Shown piece by piece: positions 39,801 to 47,760 of a stretch of 64,000 nucleotides of DNA. Position 1 is the stretch's first letter. The number at the start of each line of letters is the position of its first letter. The notes under the pieces were generated by a model that worked only from the letters and a program-made list of their open reading frames with translations, searched no databases and was not told the DNA's origin. A program made the position numbers and the translations under genes. Location: the IMG/VR virus record IMGVR_UViG_3300042691_055965, positions 124,001-188,000 of that record; one strand, 5' to 3'.

Positions 39801-40196
39801 ATTTTAACTTTTGGTAATGTTTTACAATATAACGGTTATCCTAAAACACAAAATGTTCCGATGTATAAGTGGTTAAGAAATGATTTGAATGGGGGTTATG
39901 TTTCAATATTGGGTGATCAGAATAACAATTGGTATACTTCTTTAGGTGGTATCTATGAAACAAAATATCAAGAAATGTCATTTGTTACTACAGAATATTT
40001 TCAAGCAACAAATGGACAAAATACAGGGTACATTTACAACTATGATAATAACGGTATCCCTACTTTCGATCCATCGACATTACAATCAAACCCTGATTTT
40101 GTTGTTAGTGCTCCTTATCATTTTTATTTTGGACTTTTCAAAGGAAAAAGTTCACTAAATAGATATATTAAAAAATATGTTGTTGGACAAATATGA
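33876..40196 (+). CDS. very large virion protein with a hydrophobic segment and an inserted delta-60-type beta-propeller
   Basis: 2106 aa; N-terminal GRV....G.GVPN..S.F and TNDSGDFMI.GVP.G (carboxypeptidase-regulatory-like); ~40-aa hydrophobic stretch; repeats of Q.DGK..VGG.F..YNG....I.RL...G..D..F. Confidence 0.7.
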   Translation: MFKSYRIKANPGADKNIRLKIDQDFDLIEILSLKLKQEDLYTKFCADYGVVAGRVIANGGYGVPNVSISVFVPLSTEDEVDPVISTLYPYKTISDKNEDGYRYNLLPYIQEYGGHTPTGTFPDRNDLLTRTEVLEIYEKYYRFTVRTNDSGDFMIVGVPLGMQTVVMDLDLSNIGCFSQRPSDLIRMGLGVEGQFAGSQFRANSNLAMLPQIINLAKEVEVDPFWGDDEYCTIGITRVDFDLRDSGIEISPQAIFMGSIFSNSDQDELKVSCKPSLNTGALCDMVTQSGKILAIRQTIYSDTLGFPVLEEYKFEDGGNIIDDNGTWLAEVPMNLDYITTNEFGEQIFSNDPTIGIPTKGKYRFRIQYQNEDIQGSNVIRADYLVPNLKEYGWSTSSINEPDNEDLQKKSYAFSLDWNDYGDTGTTLGLQIIQEAVDCDDKFFEFNYNRVYTVSGHIDRWKWGYLPSRILGIKEITERACTATTNRFPTNDAQFKFDIIFFVVYFTLGLFYPLIYVFIVVLHVLAWLYDIVVRLWNKLADFWNDNIVRLCYQINDVLDTFNWTGFNCDNWLLEYMNPQNPFARYSLPMISYPDCDNCSCEVLTITDELIEIYQDNGNFSPLIDSNSVRTFSNYEENYLANLIRSYDPNPGSSNSNYDFTDETLNAAIGQGFAGYVGDKSNDKYKLYKTPVVTYPTQFSPNGVLSFTVPWSQRLNMMNSRDTYFTTAQMVTTVKNLHPVTNIETPSIPFTDQPLILVCDQGTISNIGSPGTLLSFTKIEDIYDPNITGNTVNQFGTVSITGNSTSNSTNLVTRTVSYLNQNGTQSTSQIYLKLTQQGKSYDYKAGVEYFQMITGGTMSQFEGLIDFSSYGLLQNFVYEHGMKFRWGRGLATTNQQPFGLGFNDTVADMVYDSQGRLYCVGGFTSYGGTPINGYIVRLLTNGDIDTSFNVGGSGFDLITTAIDIQSDGKLIVGGYFTTYNGASNIRIIRLNTDGTPDGTFVTGTGFDDVVWKIKIQPFDGKVLVGGDFDNYNGGVTKKLARLTTLGANDVLLIGNGFNNRVYDISLQTDNKILVAGMFTEFNSATRLYAVRLNTTGTLDSTFSTVNPLNTNPIFNINDQVLTITQAVDGSGDIYMGGEFTRYQGADVGRIVKTTSTGIRIASFNNVTLNGIYKDFEGGPVFTILNYLDANGVEKLLVGGGFNIYVNNNGYGNAAYQLVRLLNTGQRDTTFNTSQSWPNVAGAGTVVTTIIRSSVAPYKVTACGSFNNSVVGERIKRMLDNGDDDITITSTFSYPTGPYNPTNQPGGWYNVDRTFNAIPKNIVRYFDDKEIIFLTRGVDPYTEKQRIEYDLSDYFGQPLNSVKILGDYYLNVPVQPNTGNLPATQTWQVPGVTNGTWRNNALTPESHLVINNSNPRLFHFPFCSPVISIPILNQTNYIPIFTNFTAFTNNSLKYYSSLDKSESGFVSYNGDSYNVSDFTTPAGVSSPLKWDWSPGYNTIAQTWFVGDPPLNLSDAEITASSLPIGTIEGSTLVASSTRTGQLFNVNVSSQIFARVYSPAYHLNLTYNYDCEINNPGRLVFRSDRLPTSTQTQVSGNSSYAMYFNDNFQMYKVLKGGITTAINFSPYIPLDIGVSQDFQDRPSGSTVSDLVINSLSCEGMTLLSCYSGNGDTFGVVAPCTNNYDGNLEKQIVVGGCYYFVSKEYLSNEELEKDANNLAEWKARFIFSFAACREIFSHTFQNNWVNGGLYTFAFQKRVIFDQNNQPIYKFCGAKDSANAPYQGPVYYASGTSNSFFYRSTPYSHTESRFVGQIPRKKSWLTGVWEDAGGNDPNEYPGLNNRNIFFPTTIMDLGPRDQFAKEVCFNPQLDGYLVETLSSTSFNPTDTILLFFFLSRLLSTSTSDLYLGEGNASVFALFSRSGLRIDGDVAQMFSINSEYGILPFNDQFYDDNDVYLSTTNGNAVIGVLYESDIEKRRQLTPGILTFGNVLQYNGYPKTQNVPMYKWLRNDLNGGYVSILGDQNNNWYTSLGGIYETKYQEMSFVTTEYFQATNGQNTGYIYNYDNNGIPTFDPSTLQSNPDFVVSAPYHFYFGLFKGKSSLNRYIKKYVVGQI
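36560..37720 (+). repeat. delta-60 (DUF5122-like) beta-propeller repeats, ~7 units
   Basis: DSQGRLYCVGGF, QSDGKLIVGGYF, PFDGKVLVGGDF, QTDNKILVAGMF, GSGDIYMGGEF, EKLLVGGGF, KVTACGSF. Confidence 0.8.
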
Positions 40197-41896
40197 GAAA
40201 ACAAGATGACATAAGAATAGTTTTGGGGTCTAAAAGATTTGCCGGATCAGCTAACGTAGATGAACAAATATCAATTAATCTATCGGGTGATAGACGCAAC
40301 TTAGTACAAGGTGATAGAGCATCTTTAGTGAATATTGAAAGTATTTTTGAAGAAGAAAGACAAGCATCCAATATATTCAGATTGAGTGGAAAAATTGTAA
40401 ATATTTTTGACAATACTATATCAGGAACGTCTATTTATACACCATTTAAAAATAATTTATTTTTAATAGACGCTGAACAATCGATTAATACAAATGTATG
40501 GAGAGGTTTTCCACAATATGACGAATTTACATTGATAAGGGAAAGGGGTATTACTAATCACCTAAATTACATTCCTAAAAGTGCCACAAGTTATAATTGG
40601 ATGTTTTATGCGACATATGCGTATAGTAGTACTACCGCACAAACAATGTCATATACAAATGAAAACATTAATTCACAAACTAATGTTTTTAACGTGTCAG
40701 ATGGGATTCCTTTTGTCATGAAAAAAGGAAGTTTAAATGGTAAAAAACTAGTTTATTTTTATTGTGCAACAAACCATAATTTAACTAATGGACAATCAAT
40801 TGAATTAAGTGACCCTATTAATGGGAAAAGAATTTATTCAATTTATAGTGTTGGTGATGGTACTTATAAGTCAAATGAAACTGTTTTTTCTTTATTCGAT
40901 TTATCTTTTGTTAGTACAGAAGTATTTGACGGGAAAACGGGAAATTTCAAAAGAATAAGAGATATTAATAACAGTGGAGAAACAAAATCAAAATACTACG
41001 TTAGATTACATAAAGTTTTAACTGAAAATTCTGAAACTTTTATTACAAAAATGGGTTTTGAAAATAACCCATTTCCAAATAAAAGAAAGTTAGAATATTC
41101 GGCATTAACACCAAACAATGTACAAAGAGTTTCAGTTAAAACAGGTACGCAGTCATATGCTTTCACGGTAAATCCTGACATTGATGTAACAAATTTAATT
41201 GACAACAATGGAAAACCAATAACTGAACTATTTCTTACAATAGTAAACAGGGGTTATGCTGGTTGGTTCAATAAACCTGCACCAAACACAAATAAGGCAA
41301 TAGATATTGGATGGGGATTTAACTTTCAAAAAAATAGTATAGATACTTGGTGGAATCACAATTCTTTGAATAATAAAGATAATATTACAACGGCATCTTA
41401 TATTAATCAGGGGTATACTTTTTATTATAACAAATTTTTAAAGAAAGATGATGTCATAAAAGGTGATTTTTGTGAGTATAATGATTATGAACAAAAAGAA
41501 TATGTTCTGTCACCAATATACCACAAATATTCAATAAATACAAATGTATTTTTTGACAATTCAACAAACGATTATCCATCAGGTTATGTGTATCAACCAC
41601 ATAATAGTATTCCTATAAGGGTTTTTAGTGATTATGTAGAATCACAAAACGCAGAAAACGTGGCTAACGTTCCATTTTATTCGTATTTTTCAGAAAAGAC
41701 AAATCAATTTATTTGGAGAGATCTCTATAGTTATGGATATGTGGATAGTGAAAATTTGGGGTTAAACATACCGTTTACGAATGACGCTCATTACCCTTTC
41801 AAAACTATAAACTTTTTGAATTACCCTGTTATTAGAGATGTGAACGCACCTACAACATCAGGGTATGAAGATCCAACAACTGACGATTGTGAATAA
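40193..41896 (+). CDS. putative virion/baseplate structural protein
   Basis: 567 aa, overlaps neighbours (ATGA) within the baseplate cluster. Confidence 0.65.
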   Translation: MRKQDDIRIVLGSKRFAGSANVDEQISINLSGDRRNLVQGDRASLVNIESIFEEERQASNIFRLSGKIVNIFDNTISGTSIYTPFKNNLFLIDAEQSINTNVWRGFPQYDEFTLIRERGITNHLNYIPKSATSYNWMFYATYAYSSTTAQTMSYTNENINSQTNVFNVSDGIPFVMKKGSLNGKKLVYFYCATNHNLTNGQSIELSDPINGKRIYSIYSVGDGTYKSNETVFSLFDLSFVSTEVFDGKTGNFKRIRDINNSGETKSKYYVRLHKVLTENSETFITKMGFENNPFPNKRKLEYSALTPNNVQRVSVKTGTQSYAFTVNPDIDVTNLIDNNGKPITELFLTIVNRGYAGWFNKPAPNTNKAIDIGWGFNFQKNSIDTWWNHNSLNNKDNITTASYINQGYTFYYNKFLKKDDVIKGDFCEYNDYEQKEYVLSPIYHKYSINTNVFFDNSTNDYPSGYVYQPHNSIPIRVFSDYVESQNAENVANVPFYSYFSEKTNQFIWRDLYSYGYVDSENLGLNIPFTNDAHYPFKTINFLNYPVIRDVNAPTTSGYEDPTTDDCE

Positions 41897-42752
41897 TAAT
41901 TATAGAAAAATAGTAACAATAAACGATGAATTTGTTAATATTCCATTAGAATTAACTTTTGATTTTGATGGTAGAAGTGAAGCAATTGCTGAATATGAAA
42001 GTGAAGTTTTAAGGGAAATAATAAATCCACCACAGGATTTTGAAATAACAAGATTTGCACACCAAGACTATACCACAAACATTACTATTGGACAAAACAA
42101 CCAAATCACAATACAACAACTAAGAACTTCAATTAATTATGAATTCTTTTTTTATGATTTTTTATCAGAAGTAAGTGCATCAACTACCAATAATTGGGCA
42201 ATAGATTACCAAAACGCTTCTTTCACTGATAGTGAAATTTATTATTTTGCAAACAATTTTAAAGGAAGTTTTTTCAAATTAGATTTTTATGACACTTACG
42301 AATCAGAAACACAAAGAATACTTCTTTCAGTAATAATTCCAACACAACAAGGACTAAAAGAACCTGGTTTGGTTGGACCAGTTTCTAATCAAATTAGTGT
42401 GGAAGTAAAAAAACCTAAATTTGTTTTGGATTCACAAGGGGCAGATAAAGAAGGTTTTTATGTTTATTGGTTGAAAGATAAAAACTATTTTCCACCTAAT
42501 GAATTTTATGTAGGTGCAAAGTTTTTTAATGCTAAAAAGGGACAGTTTATAAGAATGATTAATGTTCCGCAATCAACATTTGTTGGTCCAAATGTTTTTA
42601 ATGTTAACAAACAATTGAATTTTTACTACAAGTACATTTTAAATTATGATACGTATGAATATGCTGCGTATACTGAAACTGCAAATGGTACATTAAATAG
42701 AAGGGGGACTGTTTTTAATCCCATAAGATGGTATGAATATGTAAATCCGTAA
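41865..42752 (+). CDS. putative virion structural protein
   Basis: 295 aa; start may be GTG 41889; coupled to the next gene (TAATG). Confidence 0.65.
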   Translation: MKIQQLTIVNNNYRKIVTINDEFVNIPLELTFDFDGRSEAIAEYESEVLREIINPPQDFEITRFAHQDYTTNITIGQNNQITIQQLRTSINYEFFFYDFLSEVSASTTNNWAIDYQNASFTDSEIYYFANNFKGSFFKLDFYDTYESETQRILLSVIIPTQQGLKEPGLVGPVSNQISVEVKKPKFVLDSQGADKEGFYVYWLKDKNYFPPNEFYVGAKFFNAKKGQFIRMINVPQSTFVGPNVFNVNKQLNFYYKYILNYDTYEYAAYTETANGTLNRRGTVFNPIRWYEYVNP

Positions 42753-43834
42753 TGACACCTGAAAAAATAAATATTGTAATTTCACCTGAAGTTCTTTCTT
42801 CAGACATCGTTCAAGAAACATATAAAAATAACAATTTTGGTGTTTATGAAGGATTGTCCTACATTTTAAGTGGTGGGACGGGAAATACTTCGTTATTGAC
42901 GGGTTTGACTATTCCCGTATTACTTACCCAAAAAATAAATGACATCGGTTATTATTCACCATTTGAAGGTTTTTTGGATCAGATAGACACAGTGACAAAT
43001 TTTATATATTCAGGTAATCCGATAAACCCATACAACGTTAAAATATTTAATTCATCATCTTATAATACATCGAGTTTTTTGAATAATTCGACATATAAAA
43101 TTAATTGGGGTGACGGAAACGAAACTTCGGTTTTGGATATAACAAACAACTTACAAGAACACACATATAATACTGTTAGTCAAACATACACAATAACACT
43201 AACACAAACAAATTCTTGGGGAATCACACAAGTTGAAAAAACAGTATCACTACCTTTTACTGGTGTTACAATAGATAATCAATTAGGTAATGTTACTTTC
43301 AATCAGTTAGGTGGAAATTGGTCAGCTACACCAATTAGTTACAATTATATATTCACGGGTGATTCTAATAACAATATAAACCAACAAGTTTCAAGTTATT
43401 ATACACCTGTTCCTTTTTTAGTTTCAGGATATACCATTTCAAGTTTAAACCAATTAAGAAGGTACGGACCTCAATCATATACTGTTGGATACATACAAAC
43501 ATTAGGTAATGGAAGTATTGGGTATGTGACTGAAATTAATAGTTCTTATACTGCCTATACAATTGATAATATATTATATTATGATTTAAGTAATGGGAAA
43601 ACACTTTTTCTATTAAACTCTTCAGGATTTACGTCTAACGATATTGTGGTTTCTGGGTTAACCAAAAATGAATATCTATTGGATTTTGTTATGGATCCTG
43701 AAATACAAACAGACATTCTACTTGAACGTGGTAGATATTCTGCATTAGAATCTTTATTAAGATTGGGTGAAGTAGATAATATTGGAGACATGGAAAGATA
43801 TGGATATGGTTTTTTCCGAATTAATACAACTTAA
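42752..43834 (+). CDS. putative virion protein with a PKD-like domain
   Basis: YKINWGDG...HTY.....YTITLT is a PKD-type signature. Confidence 0.65.
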   Translation: MTPEKINIVISPEVLSSDIVQETYKNNNFGVYEGLSYILSGGTGNTSLLTGLTIPVLLTQKINDIGYYSPFEGFLDQIDTVTNFIYSGNPINPYNVKIFNSSSYNTSSFLNNSTYKINWGDGNETSVLDITNNLQEHTYNTVSQTYTITLTQTNSWGITQVEKTVSLPFTGVTIDNQLGNVTFNQLGGNWSATPISYNYIFTGDSNNNINQQVSSYYTPVPFLVSGYTISSLNQLRRYGPQSYTVGYIQTLGNGSIGYVTEINSSYTAYTIDNILYYDLSNGKTLFLLNSSGFTSNDIVVSGLTKNEYLLDFVMDPEIQTDILLERGRYSALESLLRLGEVDNIGDMERYGYGFFRINTT

Positions 43835-43849
43835 AAAAACCACATAAAC

Positions 43850-43857
43850 TATTTATA
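43850..43857 (+). promoter_or_regulatory. TATTTATA element
   Basis: Exact motif 13 nt before ATG 43871. Confidence 0.6.
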
Positions 43858-43870
43858 AAATAAAACAATA

Positions 43871-44779
43871 ATGGCACTTGGAGCTTATGGTATAGTTAGA
43901 CCGGCAGATGTTTCACCACAGGACGTTGAAATAATTTTGCATTACACACCATCAAGGGATGTAACTACAAATTTCGTATTAAAAAAATTAAATGCAGCAA
44001 ATATCTTAACACCATATTTTCACAATTCAAATACAGGAGGTAATGCAAATGTTGAAATCTTAGGTGGTTTATACAACTTAAGATTACCTGCTAGTGAATT
44101 CACAAATGTTGGAATTTATACCTTGTATATTCGTCCCGCAGAAATCAGAACATCGATTACGGATTGTGGTGTGTTATCGGCACTTCCAAACGTAAAAGGA
44201 ATTATCATAGATGTTAATGATGTTCCACAACAGTTCAGAAATAAATTTGTCAACCAAGGTTTAGTAGGTTTTAGAATAGAGTACTTAAATTCAGATGGAA
44301 CAAAAATTCCTAATTTTTATAGAATCGTAACGTCTGCATTCTTTTGTGAACCTGTAATTTCGGATCAAACTAACACGTCACAGAAGGCTATAAGATACCG
44401 ATATGTTGAAGGAAACAGTGATTTAATATTTTTAACACTTTCGCCTAGTTCATCACCAACAAACAAACCAAATGCGACACCATTTATTGGACAACCAAAT
44501 CAAAATATTATAATTACAAATACATTTTTTAATCCAGTGACTATGGAGGTTCAAATTGCTAATTATGATATAGACACATTGGCGATTGCTTTGTATGGTA
44601 ACCAAACTAAAAGTATTGATGATGGGATTTATACATTATACGACACTGCTGGAAATATATACAAACAATACAACTTATTTGAAGTTAGGGATAACTTTAA
44701 TGAACTACTTTATGAAGTTAGACAAGATAGAGGTGCTAACATTGATTTTAGTAAAAACTTTACAAATATTATTAGTTAA
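43871..44779 (+). CDS. putative virion structural protein
   Basis: 302 aa in the baseplate cluster, after a TATTTATA element. Confidence 0.65.
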   Translation: MALGAYGIVRPADVSPQDVEIILHYTPSRDVTTNFVLKKLNAANILTPYFHNSNTGGNANVEILGGLYNLRLPASEFTNVGIYTLYIRPAEIRTSITDCGVLSALPNVKGIIIDVNDVPQQFRNKFVNQGLVGFRIEYLNSDGTKIPNFYRIVTSAFFCEPVISDQTNTSQKAIRYRYVEGNSDLIFLTLSPSSSPTNKPNATPFIGQPNQNIIITNTFFNPVTMEVQIANYDIDTLAIALYGNQTKSIDDGIYTLYDTAGNIYKQYNLFEVRDNFNELLYEVRQDRGANIDFSKNFTNIIS

Positions 44780-47760
44780 TGGCTCAAAATAAATTCATAT
44801 GTCCAAAACCCGCACCAGTTGGTTCAGGAACTTTTTCTGATGATTTAGTTGGATTTCAAGTGGTTGCTGGTGGAGGGTTGACGCAAGGAAACTTTCAGTA
44901 TACTACGGCAGTTTTTGACAAGGTTAATCGAAGTTTTGGGACTGGAATTTTTTCAGAACCGTTCAACTTAGAAAACCTGAACATAGGGACAATAGAAGAA
45001 ACGAAGTTATTAATAAAAAAAAATTTTAGTGTTTATCCTAACTTTGATTTATCACAAATAACAAGTTTTTCTTTATATGGTTCACTTCAAAAAAGAATTT
45101 CAGCATCGGTAACAAAAATAATTAATTTTTTTCCTGCAGCAATTCAAATCGATCAACAAAACTATAGTTTAAATACTGGTTACACCGCTTTTAATATAGT
45201 TTATGATGGGGTAGCAGATGAAACGTCATTTGAAGTTGACGTACAGTTTTTTAAAAATCCATTCGATATTGATTACAGTATAAACGCTGCACAAAATATA
45301 TCCACAAGACCTTTTAAAATTAGTGATTTTAGAAACCTTACAAAAAACTACGAAGGGTATTCATTATACACTACAGATTTAACAACAGAATATCAAATTT
45401 TAGATTTTGTTCCAACACAAACATTAACTGCTGGAACAATTCCTATTATTGTTAAGGGTAAACCATTTTCATCAACAACCACAACCCAAACGTTAATATT
45501 GAAACCAAATAACTTGAACACTGAAAAAATATTTCAAGATGCGTTTGATGAAGTTGAAGATTATTTGTTAAATAGGAATGGGTTTCCTAAATATAGTGCG
45601 AAATTCAAATATCCTGACTACGATAGTAATGGGAACTATATTATGATTAATAATATTGTTACATGGAAGTTAGATGGTGTTTGGAACTTGGATATTGTCA
45701 CATCGAATTTTGACAATTATTTAACAACACTTCAAGATATTTCAGAAAGGTTAGATCAGTTTAAAACCAATTTGATAAGTAGGTTTTTAACTTCAGGTAG
45801 TTTGAAAGAATTTGATACTCCCGATCAAAGATTGGAAAAAGTCCTTCAAATTTATGGTAGAAGTTTTGATGAAACAAAAAAGTTTATTGATTCTTTAAGT
45901 AATATTACATCAGTAAATTATATTGTTGGAAACGATATTCCATCACAATTGTTAAGTAATTTAGCGAAAACATTAGGATGGAACACCGACATTTCACCAA
46001 TAACTAATGAAAAGTTATTGGAGTCAATTTTTACAACAACAAATGATGTAATTTATCCTGGACAATCTAAAGAACAAACACCCGCAGAATTAAATTATCA
46101 GTATTATAGAAACTTAATTTTAAATTCTGCTTTTTTATTCAAATCTAAAGGAACGAGAAAATCAATTGAATACATTCTAAGGATGGTAGGTGCGCCTGAA
46201 GCATTAATTGAATTCAATGAATATATTTACATTGCTGATCAGAAAATTTCAACGGATGAATTTTTCGAAGAATACATTACAATATCGGGTGGTACTAAAT
46301 ATGTTGAAACACCTGCACTTTTATCAAATAATACTTTTAAAATATGGGGAGTTCAATATACTGCATTTACAACAAATGGGCAAATTTTCAATGTAAATAC
46401 AGATTTACCTGACTACCCAATAGATACTGATACTGGTTTCCCTCAAAGAGCTGTTTACACTGATGATTATTTCTTTCAAAAAGGGTCAGGGTGGTTTGAA
46501 GTGACACCTGAACACCGTTCACCTGAAGAAATAAGTTATTCTACATCTGATTTAAATTCACAAATACCTGTCATAAATTCTGTCCTTACACCATTTACCT
46601 ATGGAAAAGAATATTTAGATAGGTATCGGTCTTTTCCATTTATGGATTTAGGATTCAACATTACAAAAGTAATTGATAACAAGAAAAGTTGGGTAACAAA
46701 TCAAGTTGGTTTACGAAAAAATCTTCAAGATTTAGCGGCTACAAATTATATAATTGAAGATGATAGACTTGCAATAAATGTTAAAAACATGGAAGTTTAT
46801 TTGAATATGGGACAAGGTATAACGTATGACATTTGGAATATGTCTTCCACATATGGTTATCCAATACCAAACAGTGGGTTTACTTCACCATATCCATCAC
46901 CAGGAAATATCGATTGGACATACATTGATCCTAAACCGAATCAAAAAACATTTTTTGAATTTGCTCAAAATTTCTTTAATAATTTCATTAATGTAAGAAA
47001 TAGACAATATATATCCGATGGTAAAACAGGCGGATACCCAACACTACAGTCAATATTTTGGAAATACATCAACAGTGATCAGTCGTTGAATATTCCAAAC
47101 AACGAATTCACATATCAAAAAATGATTGATTTTACTTTGAGTTTGGGTGACTATTGGGTTAGATTAGTTGAACAATTTGTTCCGGCAACCACTTTGTGGA
47201 ATACTGGACAAAAAATGGATAACTCTATTTTTCACAGACAAAAATATGTTTGGAGACGACAAAGAGGGTGTACCGTCACACCTCTTGTTGTTCCATGTTT
47301 TCCATGTACATATAATGGTGAACCATACACATATGATTGCATCGATCAAACTACTACTTGTGAATTACCATTATTCGATCCAATAGACGTGTTGACAGAA
47401 AGTACTTTACAAGTTACCAATAATCTAACAAATTGTAATTTCAATAACTTGGAATCCAATTGGTATGTTATAGTATCATTAACGAATTTGGTTACTAATC
47501 AAGAAGATATTTTAATTAATGAATATTTTTATACAGGATATGGTCCGAATGCTATAGATAATATAAACGGTAACCCATTGACATACTTTGATGTTATAAA
47601 TGCAATAGACAATAAACTACAGTATTTATATCAATACGGATTGAATTACTATTTTAGTGGTGGTTCACTAATAATTAGTAATTCTTCTTGTTATGCGGAT
47701 TTCACGGATAAACTACTAAATCTAAAAATAGGTTTGGACATTAATATTGTTTGTGCATAA
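44779..47760 (+). CDS. baseplate wedge protein (P2 gpI/T4 gp7-like core)
   Basis: LL..LA..LGW and LFKSKGTRKSIEYILR.VG motifs; W..LVEQFVPATT. Confidence 0.65.
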   Translation: MAQNKFICPKPAPVGSGTFSDDLVGFQVVAGGGLTQGNFQYTTAVFDKVNRSFGTGIFSEPFNLENLNIGTIEETKLLIKKNFSVYPNFDLSQITSFSLYGSLQKRISASVTKIINFFPAAIQIDQQNYSLNTGYTAFNIVYDGVADETSFEVDVQFFKNPFDIDYSINAAQNISTRPFKISDFRNLTKNYEGYSLYTTDLTTEYQILDFVPTQTLTAGTIPIIVKGKPFSSTTTTQTLILKPNNLNTEKIFQDAFDEVEDYLLNRNGFPKYSAKFKYPDYDSNGNYIMINNIVTWKLDGVWNLDIVTSNFDNYLTTLQDISERLDQFKTNLISRFLTSGSLKEFDTPDQRLEKVLQIYGRSFDETKKFIDSLSNITSVNYIVGNDIPSQLLSNLAKTLGWNTDISPITNEKLLESIFTTTNDVIYPGQSKEQTPAELNYQYYRNLILNSAFLFKSKGTRKSIEYILRMVGAPEALIEFNEYIYIADQKISTDEFFEEYITISGGTKYVETPALLSNNTFKIWGVQYTAFTTNGQIFNVNTDLPDYPIDTDTGFPQRAVYTDDYFFQKGSGWFEVTPEHRSPEEISYSTSDLNSQIPVINSVLTPFTYGKEYLDRYRSFPFMDLGFNITKVIDNKKSWVTNQVGLRKNLQDLAATNYIIEDDRLAINVKNMEVYLNMGQGITYDIWNMSSTYGYPIPNSGFTSPYPSPGNIDWTYIDPKPNQKTFFEFAQNFFNNFINVRNRQYISDGKTGGYPTLQSIFWKYINSDQSLNIPNNEFTYQKMIDFTLSLGDYWVRLVEQFVPATTLWNTGQKMDNSIFHRQKYVWRRQRGCTVTPLVVPCFPCTYNGEPYTYDCIDQTTTCELPLFDPIDVLTESTLQVTNNLTNCNFNNLESNWYVIVSLTNLVTNQEDILINEYFYTGYGPNAIDNINGNPLTYFDVINAIDNKLQYLYQYGLNYYFSGGSLIISNSSCYADFTDKLLNLKIGLDINIVCA